From Vicugna vicugna (lineage: Eukaryota), in assembly GCA_013265495.1 (NCBI GenBank), contig MU061579.1:3779319-3843318 (forward strand): DNA of 64,000 nt. Direction: 5' to 3'. Numbering within the stretch: position 1 is the stretch's first letter; every line of letters starts with the position of its first letter. The notes under the pieces are model-generated. The model saw nothing but the letters and a program-made list of their open reading frames with translations. It had not been told where the DNA came from and searched no databases. A program made the translations under genes and the position numbers. Below are positions 26,029 to 38,029 of this stretch, in pieces.

Positions 26029-27720
26029 GGCTAATAGGCATATGAAAAGATGCTCAACATTACTATTATCAGAGAAATGCAAATCAAAACCACAATGAGG
26101 TATGACCTCATACAGGTCATAATAGCCATCATTAAAAAGTCTACAAATAATGAACGCTGGAGAGGGTGTGGAGGAAAGGGAATCCTCCTACATTGTTGAT
26201 GGGAATGTAAATTGGTGCAGCCACTATGGAGGACAGTATGGAGGTTCCTTAAAAGGCTAAAAATAGACTTAACATATGATCCAGCAATCCCACTCCAGGG
26301 CACGTATTTGGAAAAAAACTCTAAAACTCTGAAAAGACACATGCACCCCAATGTTCACAGTAGCACTATTTACAATAGCCATGACATGGAAACAACAGAT
26401 GTTCATCAACAGATGACTGGATAAAGAAGATGTGGTATATATACACAAAGGACAATTACTCAGCCATAAAAAGAATAAAATAATGCCATTTGCAGCAGCA
26501 TGGGTGGAACTAGAGATTATTATACTAAGTGAAGTTAGTCAGACAAAGACAAATATATAATATCACTTATATGTGGAATCTAAAAAATGATACAAAGGAA
26601 TTTACTTACAAATAAAAATAGTCTCACATATATAGAAAAGAAACTTATGGTTACCAAAAAAGAAAAAAAAAAGGGAGGGGAGGGATAAATTTGGAATTTG
26701 AGATTAACAGATATACACTAATACAAAACAGATAAACAACAAGGACCTACTGTATAGCACAGAGAACTATATTTAATATACTACAACAACAATAATGGAA
26801 AATAATCTGAAAAAATAATCTGAAAATATATATATATATCTCAAAACTACAATGAGGTATCACCTCACACCAGTCAGAATGGCCGTCATTCAAAAATCCA
26901 CAAATGACAAATGCTTGAGAGGCTGTGGAGAAAGGGGAACCCTCCTACCCTGCTGGTGGGAATGCAGTTTGGTGCAGCCACTGTGGAAAACAGTGTGGAG
27001 GTTCCTCAAAAGACTAGGAATAGACTTACCATAGACCCAGGAATCCCACTCCTGGGCTTATATCCAGAAGGAACCCTACTTCAGGATGACACCTGCACCC
27101 CAATGTTCATAGCAGCACTATTTACAATAGCCAAAACATGGAAACAGCCTAAATGTCCATCAACAGGTGACTGGATAAAGAAGAGGTGGTATATTTATAC
27201 AATGGAATACTACTCAGCCATAAAAACCGACAACATAATGCCATTTGCAGCAACATGGATGCTCCTGGAGAATGTCATTCTAAGTGAAGTAAGCCAGAAA
27301 GAGAAAGAAAAATATTATATGAGATCGCTCATATGTGGAATCTAAAAAAACAGACAAACAAAGAATCAAACAAAGCATAAATACAAAACAGAAACAGACT
27401 CAGACATTGGATACAGACTTGTGGTTGCCAAGGGGGCGGAGGGTGGGAAGGGATAGATGGGATTTCAAAATTGTAGAATAGATAAACAAGATTATACTGT
27501 ATATCACAGGGAAATATACACAAAATCTATGGTAGCTCACAGAGAAAAAAAATGTGACAATGAATATATATATGTTCATGTATAACTGAAAAATTGTGCT
27601 GAACACTGGAATTTGACACAACATTGTAAAATGATTACAAATCAATAAAAAATGTTAAATATATATATATATACACACACACATACACACACACAACTGA
27701 ATCACTTTTGCTGTACACCA
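26029..27720 (+). mobile_element. Cetartiodactyl-type L1 3' fragment (ORF2 C-terminus plus 3' UTR), split at 26839/27657 by a younger L1
   Basis: ORF track gives [65 protein letters not shown] resumes as ACAACTGAATCACTTTTGCTGTACACC at 27693-27719. Confidence 0.9.
26841..27656 (+). mobile_element. Young camelid-type L1, 5'-truncated (~0.8 kb); ORF2 C-terminus with one frameshift near 27033
   Basis: [16 protein letters not shown]...[18 protein letters not shown] and ...CTPMFIAALFTIAKTWKQPKCPS...YTMEYYSAIK...; exact 16-bp TSD AAATATATATATATAT at 26824-26839 and 27657-27672. Confidence 0.95.
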
Positions 27721-29365
27721 AGTGATTGACATGTAGAATGATCCTGAAAGATGGATTAGGAAAAAGAGAAGGAAATATTTGTTGAGTTGATAACACAGAC
27801 CCTCAGAAGAGAAGTTTTAGTTGATCAGTGGAAACAAAGCAGATTAGAGAAAGTGAAGGTGGGATAGGACTAAAGGATAATTAAAACAACAAATATAGGC
27901 TATACTTTATTTAAAAAAATATAATTTTCTTACTTTTTTTGAGAAGTGGTTTGGAGTAATGAATAGAATCTGAAAGGACTGTGGTTAAAAAATTGCTCTT
28001 TTAATGAAGGCAAAAATGATTAAATTCACATATATACACATACTTAGGTAAGGAATGGTTTAGACAGCGGGAAAGACAGAGTTGAGTGGGAGAGATTAAT
28101 AATGGTGAATAAAGCAGAGGTGAAGCAGAGTCCTTGAGAAAGAGAAAGGCCTAGCATCCAAACCACAAAATAAACTACTGGCTTTTGAGAACAGAGGCTC
28201 TTCTTTCATTGTAACAGGAGGGACAATGGATAATTTAGCTATTGATTCAAGTTTCTGTGCAGATTCATCAATGGGAAGATGAGGCATTTCTTACCTACCT
28301 TCTTTTTCCCCTCAGTGAAGACTAAAATAAGGTCATTGCCTTAGAGTTAGAAAAAGAGAGTGTTAGGGTTTTAAGGACGAGAGAAGACAGCCATCATGCT
28401 GAACACTAGAAAGTGACTTAACCGGGCAAGCTGTAAAATGCTTAGGCAATGTTGAAAGATTAGTTGAGGTGTATGTTTTAAAGTAAATTTAAACTTAAAC
28501 TTAAAATGAAACAAATCCATTTAGTTTTGTGATGTTTGTTAGGAAGTCTAATTGCTTGGGTTTATGCATAGAGAATGTGAGTAGATACAACGGTTAGTGC
28601 TGCAGGCTTTCAGATTTGCCAGATCAAAATAGGAAAATGAGTGGCTCGTGGAGAATGAGAGCATTTACAAAATATTATTTTACAATACATAGCATTATTT
28701 GATTGCAAATGAAGGAAAATATATATTTTTTTAAGAGAAGGGAAGATTTCATGTAACCTGAGTTAGTGTTTTTTCAAAAGCAAACACAAGGCATGCAGAC
28801 AGAAAATGTTTTGTTGGGTACAGCATGGTTCAAGCATTCAGGTGGAGAAAATAACCTCTGTCTTGTACTGAAAACTACAGGACTGTTATATCCACCTTCA
28901 AAGGACTGAGATACATGTACAGAGTCTTCTATTGTATCAGTAATTAAAATTACATAGCACAGAATTAAAATCTAACATATTATGAATTAATTGAATACAT
29001 GCTACCCAATTCACTGAATTGAAGGATTAATCCTAGTAAATACATTCAGACACAAAATAATTCATCCTTTATTTAATATGTATTTATGATTATAAATAAA
29101 TTATAATACACCTTTAACTGTCTAGATTACAGATTCAAAAAATTAAGTGATATTTTAAACATACTTATTGAAATAAAATTACATATTAGAACCATTATTA
29201 AGAGTTCCACAGGGATAACAGTCTCTGAATCTGGATAACTTCTTTATTCATTTATGATATAGTTTTAGTCAAATAGATGTTCAAAAAATTTACTCAAAAA
29301 TTAGAAATAATATGGAAGAGTAGAAAAAAAATCACAAACCTTCGCTCAGATATCTGAGTTGTAAC

Positions 29366-29495
29366 TAGGTGATCATATCATGTATTATGCAATACAGGAC
29401 AACATTGAGAGTAAAAGTAGTGCTAAAAAAATTATTCCAGGATAGCAGCATAAACCCAAACTCTCCTGAGTAATCTGAGATGTATATTCAACCTA
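29366..29495. mobile_element. hAT-Blackjack non-autonomous DNA transposon, MER94-like, inserted in a MIR
   Basis: Termini TAGGTGATCATA / TATATTCAACCTA, internal GGACA..TTGAGAGT.AAAG...GCATAAACC; 8-bp flanks GTTGTAAC / GTTATAAT (6/8). Confidence 0.7.
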
Positions 29496-29610
29496 GTTAT
29501 AATTCTTGATTCCCTTTAGCCTGATAATCTTGCACATTTATTTGTCTTCTTGGCCTCAATTTCTACATCTGAAAAATGAGTAGAGTAGATCAGATAAATA
29601 TCCTACATGT
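29496..29610 (+). mobile_element. MIR fragment (host of the hAT element)
   Basis: GGCCTCAATTTCTACATCTGAAAAATGAG. Confidence 0.65.
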
Positions 29611-32600
29611 TTAATGTTCATTTATTATTTACTTAGTTAATGGTTTTTACATACACACTTGGTATGTATGTAAAAACCTATCTTACAAGAGATAAGACTG
29701 CAATAAAAAATAACACACAAAATATCTCTCAAGGAGACAATGCTTTGTGAAAGAAGGCAAGCTATGTGCATAATTGGTGCCACAAAGGGTAAAGGGTGGA
29801 GAGTGTCACAGATGGGACAACTGGAGTGACTTCCAGGTTATTCTGTTTCACTGACCAGTCTAGAACCTGGATCGTATTCCTTTCTCTTATCAACAGCTGC
29901 TATCAAAATCAAAGGTGACTTTCACAACCTGATCTTAGAGGTCTGTGATTTCTGTTACTTCAGCAATCTTTGCTCAGTGATCACACTTCAAACCTTGCCA
30001 GCACCCAAACCATAACATCTAAAACCTTAAATTTCAAAGTGCTGATAGCCTGGTCAATAATAATCTCACAGCACTGGGCGAGAGTGACTGAAGCAGAGAG
30101 AGGCTAAAATAATGGGATGTACTTTTCAGATTAACGTAAGATCTAAAGAAAAATGTAAATAATCAGCATGAGAGAAAGTGGATTCCAGAGACCATGTGAA
30201 TAAAAAAATTGCCCAATTCTATTAACTGTCTAGCGAAGATCATGAGCTTGGTTACCTGAATGTCAGCAGTGCTCTTAAAATAAAAGTCAGATAGAAACTC
30301 AGGTTTGGAAAATAAAATGACAGCATAAATTACTAAAAAGGAGAGTTCATTTACGCTAAATGTTCTAATCGTTAGAGAATAAATTAATGGATAATAAAAC
30401 AAGTTTAAGAAATTCATATATTTTATTTTATAAAACAATATTGATTGAATACTTGGTTACTTCTAATGTAGCAGTGAAGTTTTTACCTAAACCTGGTCTT
30501 AGTAACTGTTAATAGAAAAATGCTTATCAATTTTCCTGTCCAGGAATGATTCGTCATTTATTTTTCCAAGATTGTTTATTATAGTTGTTGATTTACATGG
30601 AATTGTCATTGTTGATATTGTTTGTATAAACTAGTAACTGAGTGGTAGTGGTAGGTAAGCCAAGAGGGATATAAAGCATGGTTTCATTTAAACCAGCTGT
30701 ACTGGGCCTATGCATATGTGGATCAAGTAGATGAGAAAGAAATATTTTTCATGAGGTAAGTAATAATATTTAGTCTTAAGGAAAGCTGCTTCAATGTAAC
30801 ACATGTCTTGGAGATGGGAAACAGCCATTCCGTAGCTTCTGCACTGAATGAAGCAACATCAAGGCACCTTGAGAAATAGAAGCTGGGTACACCTCTGTGG
30901 TCACCACCCTTGGTATGGCCAGTGCCAACCAATAGAAGGAGGTTTCAGAGGTTTCGCCAAATGACTTCAGTCTATAACAGTTGGGTAATGGAGCAAGGAA
31001 GGAAGAAGGGGAAATGTTCCATAAGAAAACTGGAAATGAGAGAATGGGTAAGGCACTACTATGGGACTCTAGGTATAACTGATAGATATTTTGAAAAGGA
31101 CTAATTTCTAGAAATAAAATAGGTAGGAGCTTTTGCCGTAATGTCTCAATGTTTTAAAAAAGAAATGTTCTCTTTGAAAACATATCCTGATGAAGTTTTA
31201 AATACATGGGTCATATAAAAATAGCAATGCATTCTTAAGAAGCAATCTTCATTACCTTTCAGTTTATTAAATTAAAATCAAGAAATGGTGGGCTATTGTC
31301 TACATAAGGAGTAAATTCAAGGCTAAATCAAAATAGGAATGTTGTATGGACTACAGATAGCCTTTTGACTATCCAACCTCACGATTTCCTCAATCACTGT
31401 GTTAATGTGGGTCTGTGATTAGTGTGTTATTTGTAAGCAATTTTACAGTTTTGTCTGTAGAGTCTAGAACCCATTCATAGATAATTTCTAAAATAAATAT
31501 TTTCATTCCTGACAGCATAAAGCATACTGCCTTGACTTTGAAATCTTAATAGTAACTTTGTAATCCAGGTGAGAAAATAAGATACATCAACTTGATGTTC
31601 CCACTTCAGTTTACCACTTTACAACTCATACCTTCACTAACATTTCTGCAGTCATACAGTTTGAAAGCCTGTGGGAGAAATAAATATAGGTTTTACTTAC
31701 ATTGTAGTTTTGATAATCAATCCTCTTCCAACATTGTAAAATTCCCACACTTATGTCTTTTTAGGGGAAAGAGATTATTTCTAATCATAGCATTACAAAT
31801 GTGGAAACATATAAAGAGATAAGAATTGCTAAAGATCATTGGCAGAGGTACGATTAAGTGACAGTGAGCAACAACAGAATATAGAACATGATACAGATGC
31901 TCAAATTATAAAGACTATGAATGGTTGTAATTTTTTAAAAATGACTTCAAAAATTATTGTACCCTGAGGAAAAAAGAAGCAGCACATTGTAAAGTTACAT
32001 AAATATAAATAAGAAGGAGTTTTCCATGTACCCTTTGATTTTTATTACAATACTTCTCAAAATTGAGTTAGCTATAGAACAGTATGGTGTCATGCAGGCT
32101 GATTCTTCTCAGTGTGAGAATCTTAAGCTATATTCTTACAGATTTGGAATCAAATAAATAGCACAAAAAAGAAAAGAGTAAAGATCAACATATGAAAATG
32201 ATACATTTATATTATGTAAATTATGATCTTCATAATATGAAAAAATGTAGGTAAATATCCGTTACTGATACACATACACCTACACGCGCACACACACATA
32301 CACACACACACACAATTGCAAATGCATGTTACAAATATTTGAACTGTGACACCTGGTAATGTTAGTGATATTTTTCCATGGTTCTTTACTATGTCAAGGA
32401 AAAAGGAATTGAGTTTATACTTTATGAAACCTATGCTGAACAAGTCATATATGTTGTTTCAATTAGGTCTAAGAAAAGCACCAGAAAATAATTCTTATTC
32501 TCCATTAAAACAGAAGGAAACAGTCAAAAGTAGATTATTATTGAAATTACAGAATTTGTAGATATATCTAAAATTGAACTCTGTTTGTCATAGTCTTTCC

Positions 32601-32731
32601 ACCTACTCACTCCTGCAAAGATTTAGATTTATTTATTTATATTTAGAGGAGGTACTGGGTACCCAACACCCCCGTAAAGAGATCTCTGAAATGTAACTAT
32701 TTATCATGAATGAACGGTGGCGCCTGGCGAT

Positions 32732-32795
32732 GAAATGGAGGTGGGGAGGGGAGAGAGGTGGAAGGAGAGAGAGAGAGAGAGAGGGAGAGGAGAGA
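32732..32795. repeat. Polypurine (GA)-rich tract
   Basis: GGAGGTGGGGAGGGGAGAGAGGTGGAAGG(AG)nGGGAGAGGAGAGA. Confidence 0.9.
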
Positions 32796-34924
32796 TTGAT
32801 TTTGAGATCCCTACGGAACTTCCAGTAATAATGTGCCCTATACATACATTCTCCAGTAGCTAAAAAGAGTTAGCATGCTTCCTCCCTAATCTGAATCATC
32901 ACCAGGAAAATAACCTGCTACTAGGGGCAATCATTTAGAAAACATACATCCACAATGTGACTGCTAATAGTCCCATGGGAGGAAAAGAAAGAAAGAAAAG
33001 GTTCAGAATGAGGACTGTTTTCAGCACGTGCCAAAATCTAACCGATAATCCACTTCAAACAGAGTAGTGTTATTTCCCTTTCATTTCACTTCTCCTCCAA
33101 TACTGCTTTGAATATTGGATTTCCTTGTGATAAGGGTTCCAAGTTAATGATCAAAGTCCACTTCATGAACCAAAATAATTTTAACTCAGCTTTTCAGAGT
33201 TACTTTTCTTAAAACGTTCCCCCGGGGAATCAAATTTTCCTGACTCAAGATATTTCTGTTCGAGGTCTAAAACCACTTTTGAGGGTAATAGCTATGTAAA
33301 CACTGTTATATTTTGGTTGATTGAATCTGCATGAATTATTTTTCATTAAATGGCAAAATCTAATTCCAGGGGGAAAAATTCTTGTTAATTGTTTTCATAA
33401 AAATGTGCCCCAGGGCAGCATTTAGTTTTCCACTGACCATGGGTTTCAGAAAGCTTTTCAGTTCTGCCAAATCATTGCTTGCTTACATTATTCATTGAAA
33501 ATGAAAAAAAATGACCTTTATGATGAGCATTTATTAAATACATTTTTCCTCTAGCAAAAAAAAAAAACTTCTTACTAGTGTGAATATTTACTTATATTCT
33601 GTAAATGAAAATAACATGAAAAGCAAGTAGACACACATGGATGGAACATCTGCCAATAACTAGTTGACAATTTCAGAACATCTCTCTCTAGAAAAAGCTG
33701 GCCATCCTGGAGTCCCTGCTTAGTTCTCCTAACTCTGGAGAGAAAGGGTGTCACCTGAAAAAGATACAGCGCTCTTTTGAGACCAAAAGGTCTACTCACC
33801 ACAGATACTTTAGCCTCACACACATACAATCAGTATTTTTAAAAATATGTCATGAGAGGGAAGGAATGAACCACAGTCCACTAAAACTAAGCATAATTCT
33901 TCTTCATGGCTAATGAACGAGGGCAAGTATACAAAGTGAACTGATTACTCCAGTTCTCTGTAATCGCAAGGAAATTCTTTTGTGCACACACACACTCATA
34001 TACTCACAGCAGAGAATCAGGTGAAATATTGTCTTAGTGGAGTTTTAAGTGCAGTCTTTCTCTTGACCAAAGTATAGATTTGTAGTGTTACATCACTTAA
34101 AAAAAAACTGCTTTTATTTGTACTTTAGTCTAGAAGCTTCCTGTTACAGAATGGATCGATCTTACTCCAGCTTACAAAATTACTCCAAAATGGACTTGAT
34201 TCCTTCAACCTTTCTACTTAAAATGTCACTAAAGCTTGCATGACCAGGGCAGGGTGCACTTTTGCTCCGGTACATATTACTTGCATACCTTATTGTGTTT
34301 CCTAATTGAGAAAAATTGTCAGTGGCTGACCTGAGTCCTTCCACTAATAAAAACTAAACTCAGGGATTCAAGTGACTGTACCTATCTTGTAAATGCCCTT
34401 CAAATATGAAAGTAGAAAATCTCCTGGAGTTTCAATAGTGATGCAGTCAATTGGTTATTTCTACATTCTAGAGTTAACCACAGAGACTAAGAGATAAATT
34501 ACACACTTCATAAAGTAAATAGCACATTCAGATACTGTGTTAGTACTGTTATCATATTCTATATATTCTCTTAATTACAAAAACTAAATGTCAAAATATA
34601 AAATTTCAAAATGAACCTATAATTCTCTGCATGAGAGGATTTTTCTAATTTATTTCTTATTTTTTGTGTAAGTGTAGTTGAATTCCCCTTTCATGAAATC
34701 TATCTTCTTTTTGAGTGAAAACCATAGCATTTATGTGCTGCATATAAGGAGCAAATGTGTGTGTATTTCCCTGTTTATCTGCATTTCAAATTCTTTAAAT
34801 GAATGAAACCCATGGAGCAATTTCAGAGTAGTCTAACTCTAGACACTAGACAAAAAGTCATTTTACCTCCCAGCGAAAACTTAGCAAGATTTAGTGGACA
34901 TCATCCTTGACAGAAAGGAATTCA

Positions 34925-35075
34925 CTGTTCAGGCCTGGATTTTACATCAGCATGATGTTATTAAACCTTTTGACACAATTTTCTGAATGTCAGCTTTCTG
35001 ATCAGTAAAATGAGGTGCATGTTAGGCATTCAATAACAACTTATTGGTAGGCTGTTGTACTGATCAGCTAATGAA
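34925..35075 (+). mobile_element. MIR fragment
   Basis: CAGGCCTGGATTT...TTCTGAATGTCAGCTTTCTGATCAGTAAAATGAGG. Confidence 0.55.
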
Positions 35076-35894
35076 TACCTTATGTTTGTAGGAAGCAGGA
35101 CATGCATTGTTACTTTGTGAGAAATGACCTTAGTACTAGAAATAAAAACAGGGGTTGATTATTGAGAAACTTCGAAACACTGAGTGTTGAATGTTAGGCA
35201 AATTACATAGAATTTTTTGAGTACCATTTTTGCAAGTTTCCTGTAAGCCTGAACTTACATTAATATATAATATTTTCTGAAACTAGCAACAGTAGGCTTC
35301 AGACTTCTCATCTTGAGAATCCATGATGATCTCAAAGAATCCTTGCAAATGTAACATTCTTTTAGTTCCATAAAACACTTAATCAAGGTAAGTCTTCATG
35401 GTAGCATACTTCATAGCAAGCATGATTCTTAAAGCTGACTTTCAAAATTAACTTTACACCAAACTAGCTGTAATCTAGCAGGATCTTTGGATTTAGGAAA
35501 CTCATTTTTCATTATAATAAGATACACGCTGGGCCTGAATGTCATTAGGCAAAACATGTTTATCTGCTGCCTTGTTAAGTGTTTAATATTGCCTTAAAAT
35601 TAATGAAATTCACCCCAACTCACTATTTTTGCAGTTCTTACAGTATTGCAAAAGCTCATATAATGATTGTCATTAGTAAAAAATTAAACAGAGCTGATAC
35701 AATATGTATTTAAAAAAAAAAAAACCCTTACCTGACCACAGCAAGACTACCTTCATTCTCAACTGTCATTCAGAGACTTTGGGTGTGTTTGTGCACAAGG
35801 CTGCCTTTTTCTATCCTATATGAATGTTTTCAGATTTGCTTCATGAATTCAGGTTTTTGAAATACTGAGACGACAACATTCATTATTTTCTCAA

Positions 35895-36218
35895 AATAGC
35901 AACCAATCTAGCAGAAAGAAAGGAGTTCCATGGAGTCGTACAAAATGAAAGACTTTTGCAGGCAGAAGGGAGCAGGAACAAGGAAGTTACACTAGACAGA
36001 AAGGCTGCTTGGTTATTAGTATAAGGTCACTTTCCTTTAGGGTGTGGCAGGGATCTATCAGGAGGATTGCCTAACTACTTCTGACTATGCAATTCCTGAT
36101 TGACTGGTTTAAGATTCCATTTCTGAGAGAGACAAAACTGTAATTAAGTCTTAAGTTTGGTGATATGGAATTTAGCAAAAGCAACTTCCTTTTGGTCCTG
36201 TTGTCTGGTTTTTTAACA
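35895..36218 (-). mobile_element. ERV1 LTR, MER34-like, missing its 3' end
   Basis: Reverse complement begins TGTTAAAAAACCAGACAACAGG and is homologous to 37151-37500. Confidence 0.8.
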
Positions 36219-37128
36219 AAAGCTTACAATTGGGTCTTTTAGGAGGCAGGATAACATTTTTTATATTGAGACTAGGGAAACAAAATAGCTGCATATTTCT
36301 AGTCATTTAATGCCTTTCATTTTTTTCAACTTAACAAATACCTTCATTTGTTTTATTCAAAAGGCCAATTGATAACATGAGGATACTATAGTGGAATATT
36401 TTCTTATGACAAATGAAACTGACAAAAATATAAAAATTCAGGCGTGGAATGACAGAGCAAACAAGCTTAGAGAAAATATTTTCTTCATTCTTGGGTAAAG
36501 TAAATGCACACTACTCTCCAGAAATTGTCCACTCCCTTCATGCCCCATTTTGATTGGTCTCAGAGCCTAAAATAAAATTGTTTTGCATGGCATATTTGTC
36601 TTAAAGCTCAACATTTTTGCAAAGTCCTTTAGAAGCAATAGCCCAGCGGTATCTCGGATGATATCCAATAGATTAAAAAATAGAAGAGGACATTTCTGAA
36701 GCATTAGTGGTGCTAGTGAGGAGAATAGGGAAGCAGACAGTAGCAGAAACCCAGCGAGAGTAAAAAACAGATCAAAACTGAAGAGGATCCAAAGAAGTCA
36801 GTTTTGCATTGGTACGTTTTTTTCCCCTTCCTTTTTTATGTCTTTGTACCAGTTTTAGTTTTCTCCGGACAGGTAACTTTTTTAACATTAAACAACTTAC
36901 TCTATCTAAATGTCTCACTCCTTTAGCACTAATAGAAAGTGGAATTGAAATCTGTATGAAGAACTGAGCATGCCAGTGACCCTTAATACTTTGTATGTTG
37001 CCAGCAGGATATTATGGAATATATTCGTAATGACATTTCATTGTTCATGTTAATTCATCTGATCTGAAAACCTAGAAGCTGGCTCTTATTAGAATTTTGG
37101 TCAATTTCTTGAGTCAATTAATCAGAGT

Positions 37129-37972
37129 TTTATTAGACAGGGTTCTCCAGTGTTAAAAATAAGACAACAGTCCCAAAATGGAGTCACTTATGGTAAGTTG
37201 CATGTCACTAAACTGAGATTTAACTTAATTACAGTTTTGGCTCTCCCAGAAATGGAATCTTAAATCAGTTAATCAGGGATTGCCTGATCAGCAGTAGCTA
37301 GGTAATCTGCCTGATAGACCCCTGTCATCTCCTAAAGAAAAGTAACCTTGTAATAACCAACCTGTTTTGTGTGTGTGTGGGGGGGTGTTGTTTGTTTGTT
37401 TGTTTTGCCTAGTATAACTTCTGTAACTTCTACCTGTAAAAGTCTTTCATTTGGTACAGCTCCTTGGAGCTCCTTTCTATCTGGCTAGACTGGACGCTGC
37501 CCAATTTGAATCAATTTTTGCTCAAATAAACTAAAAAATTTTAACATGCCTCAGGTTTATTTTTTAATATCAGAGATATAGAACCAACAGATTATATATA
37601 TTCAGAGACAGAGAGAGAATGAATGACTATGAGACTCTGAGACAGATTTATTTTAAGGGATTGGCTCATGTGATTGTGGGGGCTGGCAAGTCCAATATTT
37701 GTAGCACAGGTATGCAGATCAGGAGACTGGAAACTCAGGCAATATTTCAATTACAGAATTCTTTCTTCCTCAAGAAGCACCAACATTTGCCCTTAAAGGC
37801 CATAGCTGACTGGATGAGGCCCACTCACATCATCACAGGTAATCTACTTAAATAGGTTGTAAATGTTAAACTCAGCTACAAAATACCTTCACAGCAACAC
37901 CTAGACTGGTGTTTGATCAAATAACTGGGCACCACAGCTTTGTCAAGTTGACAAATAAAATTTACCATCACC
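37129..37972 (-). mobile_element. ERVL LTR MLT2 (D-like), interrupted at 37150/37570
   Basis: TATTAGACAGGGTTCTCCAG|...|AGATATAGAACCAACAG, ATTGGCTCATGTGATTGTGGGGGCTGGCAAGTCC, CAAGTTGACAAATAAAATTTACCATCAC. Confidence 0.9.
37151..37569 (+). mobile_element. ERV1 solo LTR, MER34-like, full length, inserted in MLT2
   Basis: TGTTAAAAA start, CCCAAAATGGAGTCACTTATG, AATAAA near the end; 4-bp flanks CCAG / TCAG. Confidence 0.85.
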
Positions 37973-38029
37973 TTGGTAGTTGGGCACTATTCTTAATAAA
38001 GTCCTACCAAGGACTTTTTACTAATCCAT

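Larger units (their letters stand above)
25770..28900 (-). mobile_element. Long L2 remnant interrupted by L1 insertions (L2 parts approx. 25770-26025 and 27721-28900)
   Basis: Purine-rich + strand; GATCCAGATG...GACCAAGATGGTAGTG...GATTTGCTG, then AGTGATTGAC...AGCAGATTAG; these are reverse-complement counterparts of the L2 at 3570-3700 and 4660-4830. Confidence 0.55.

Noticed and set aside
26911..27345. 144-aa ORF as a host gene
   Set aside because: It is the frameshifted L1 ORF2 C-terminus of a 5'-truncated element with no promoter.
33575..33829. Minus-strand acceptor (CTGTATCTTTTTCAG) and donor (GTGAGT) near an 84-aa ORF
   Set aside because: The donor precedes the acceptor by only ~45 nt, too short for an intron, and the peptide is not recognisable.
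36700..36880. Strong donor (G|GTACGT) after a short open frame between the inverted LTRs
   Set aside because: No upstream acceptor or start in frame; it cannot be supported without transcript data.
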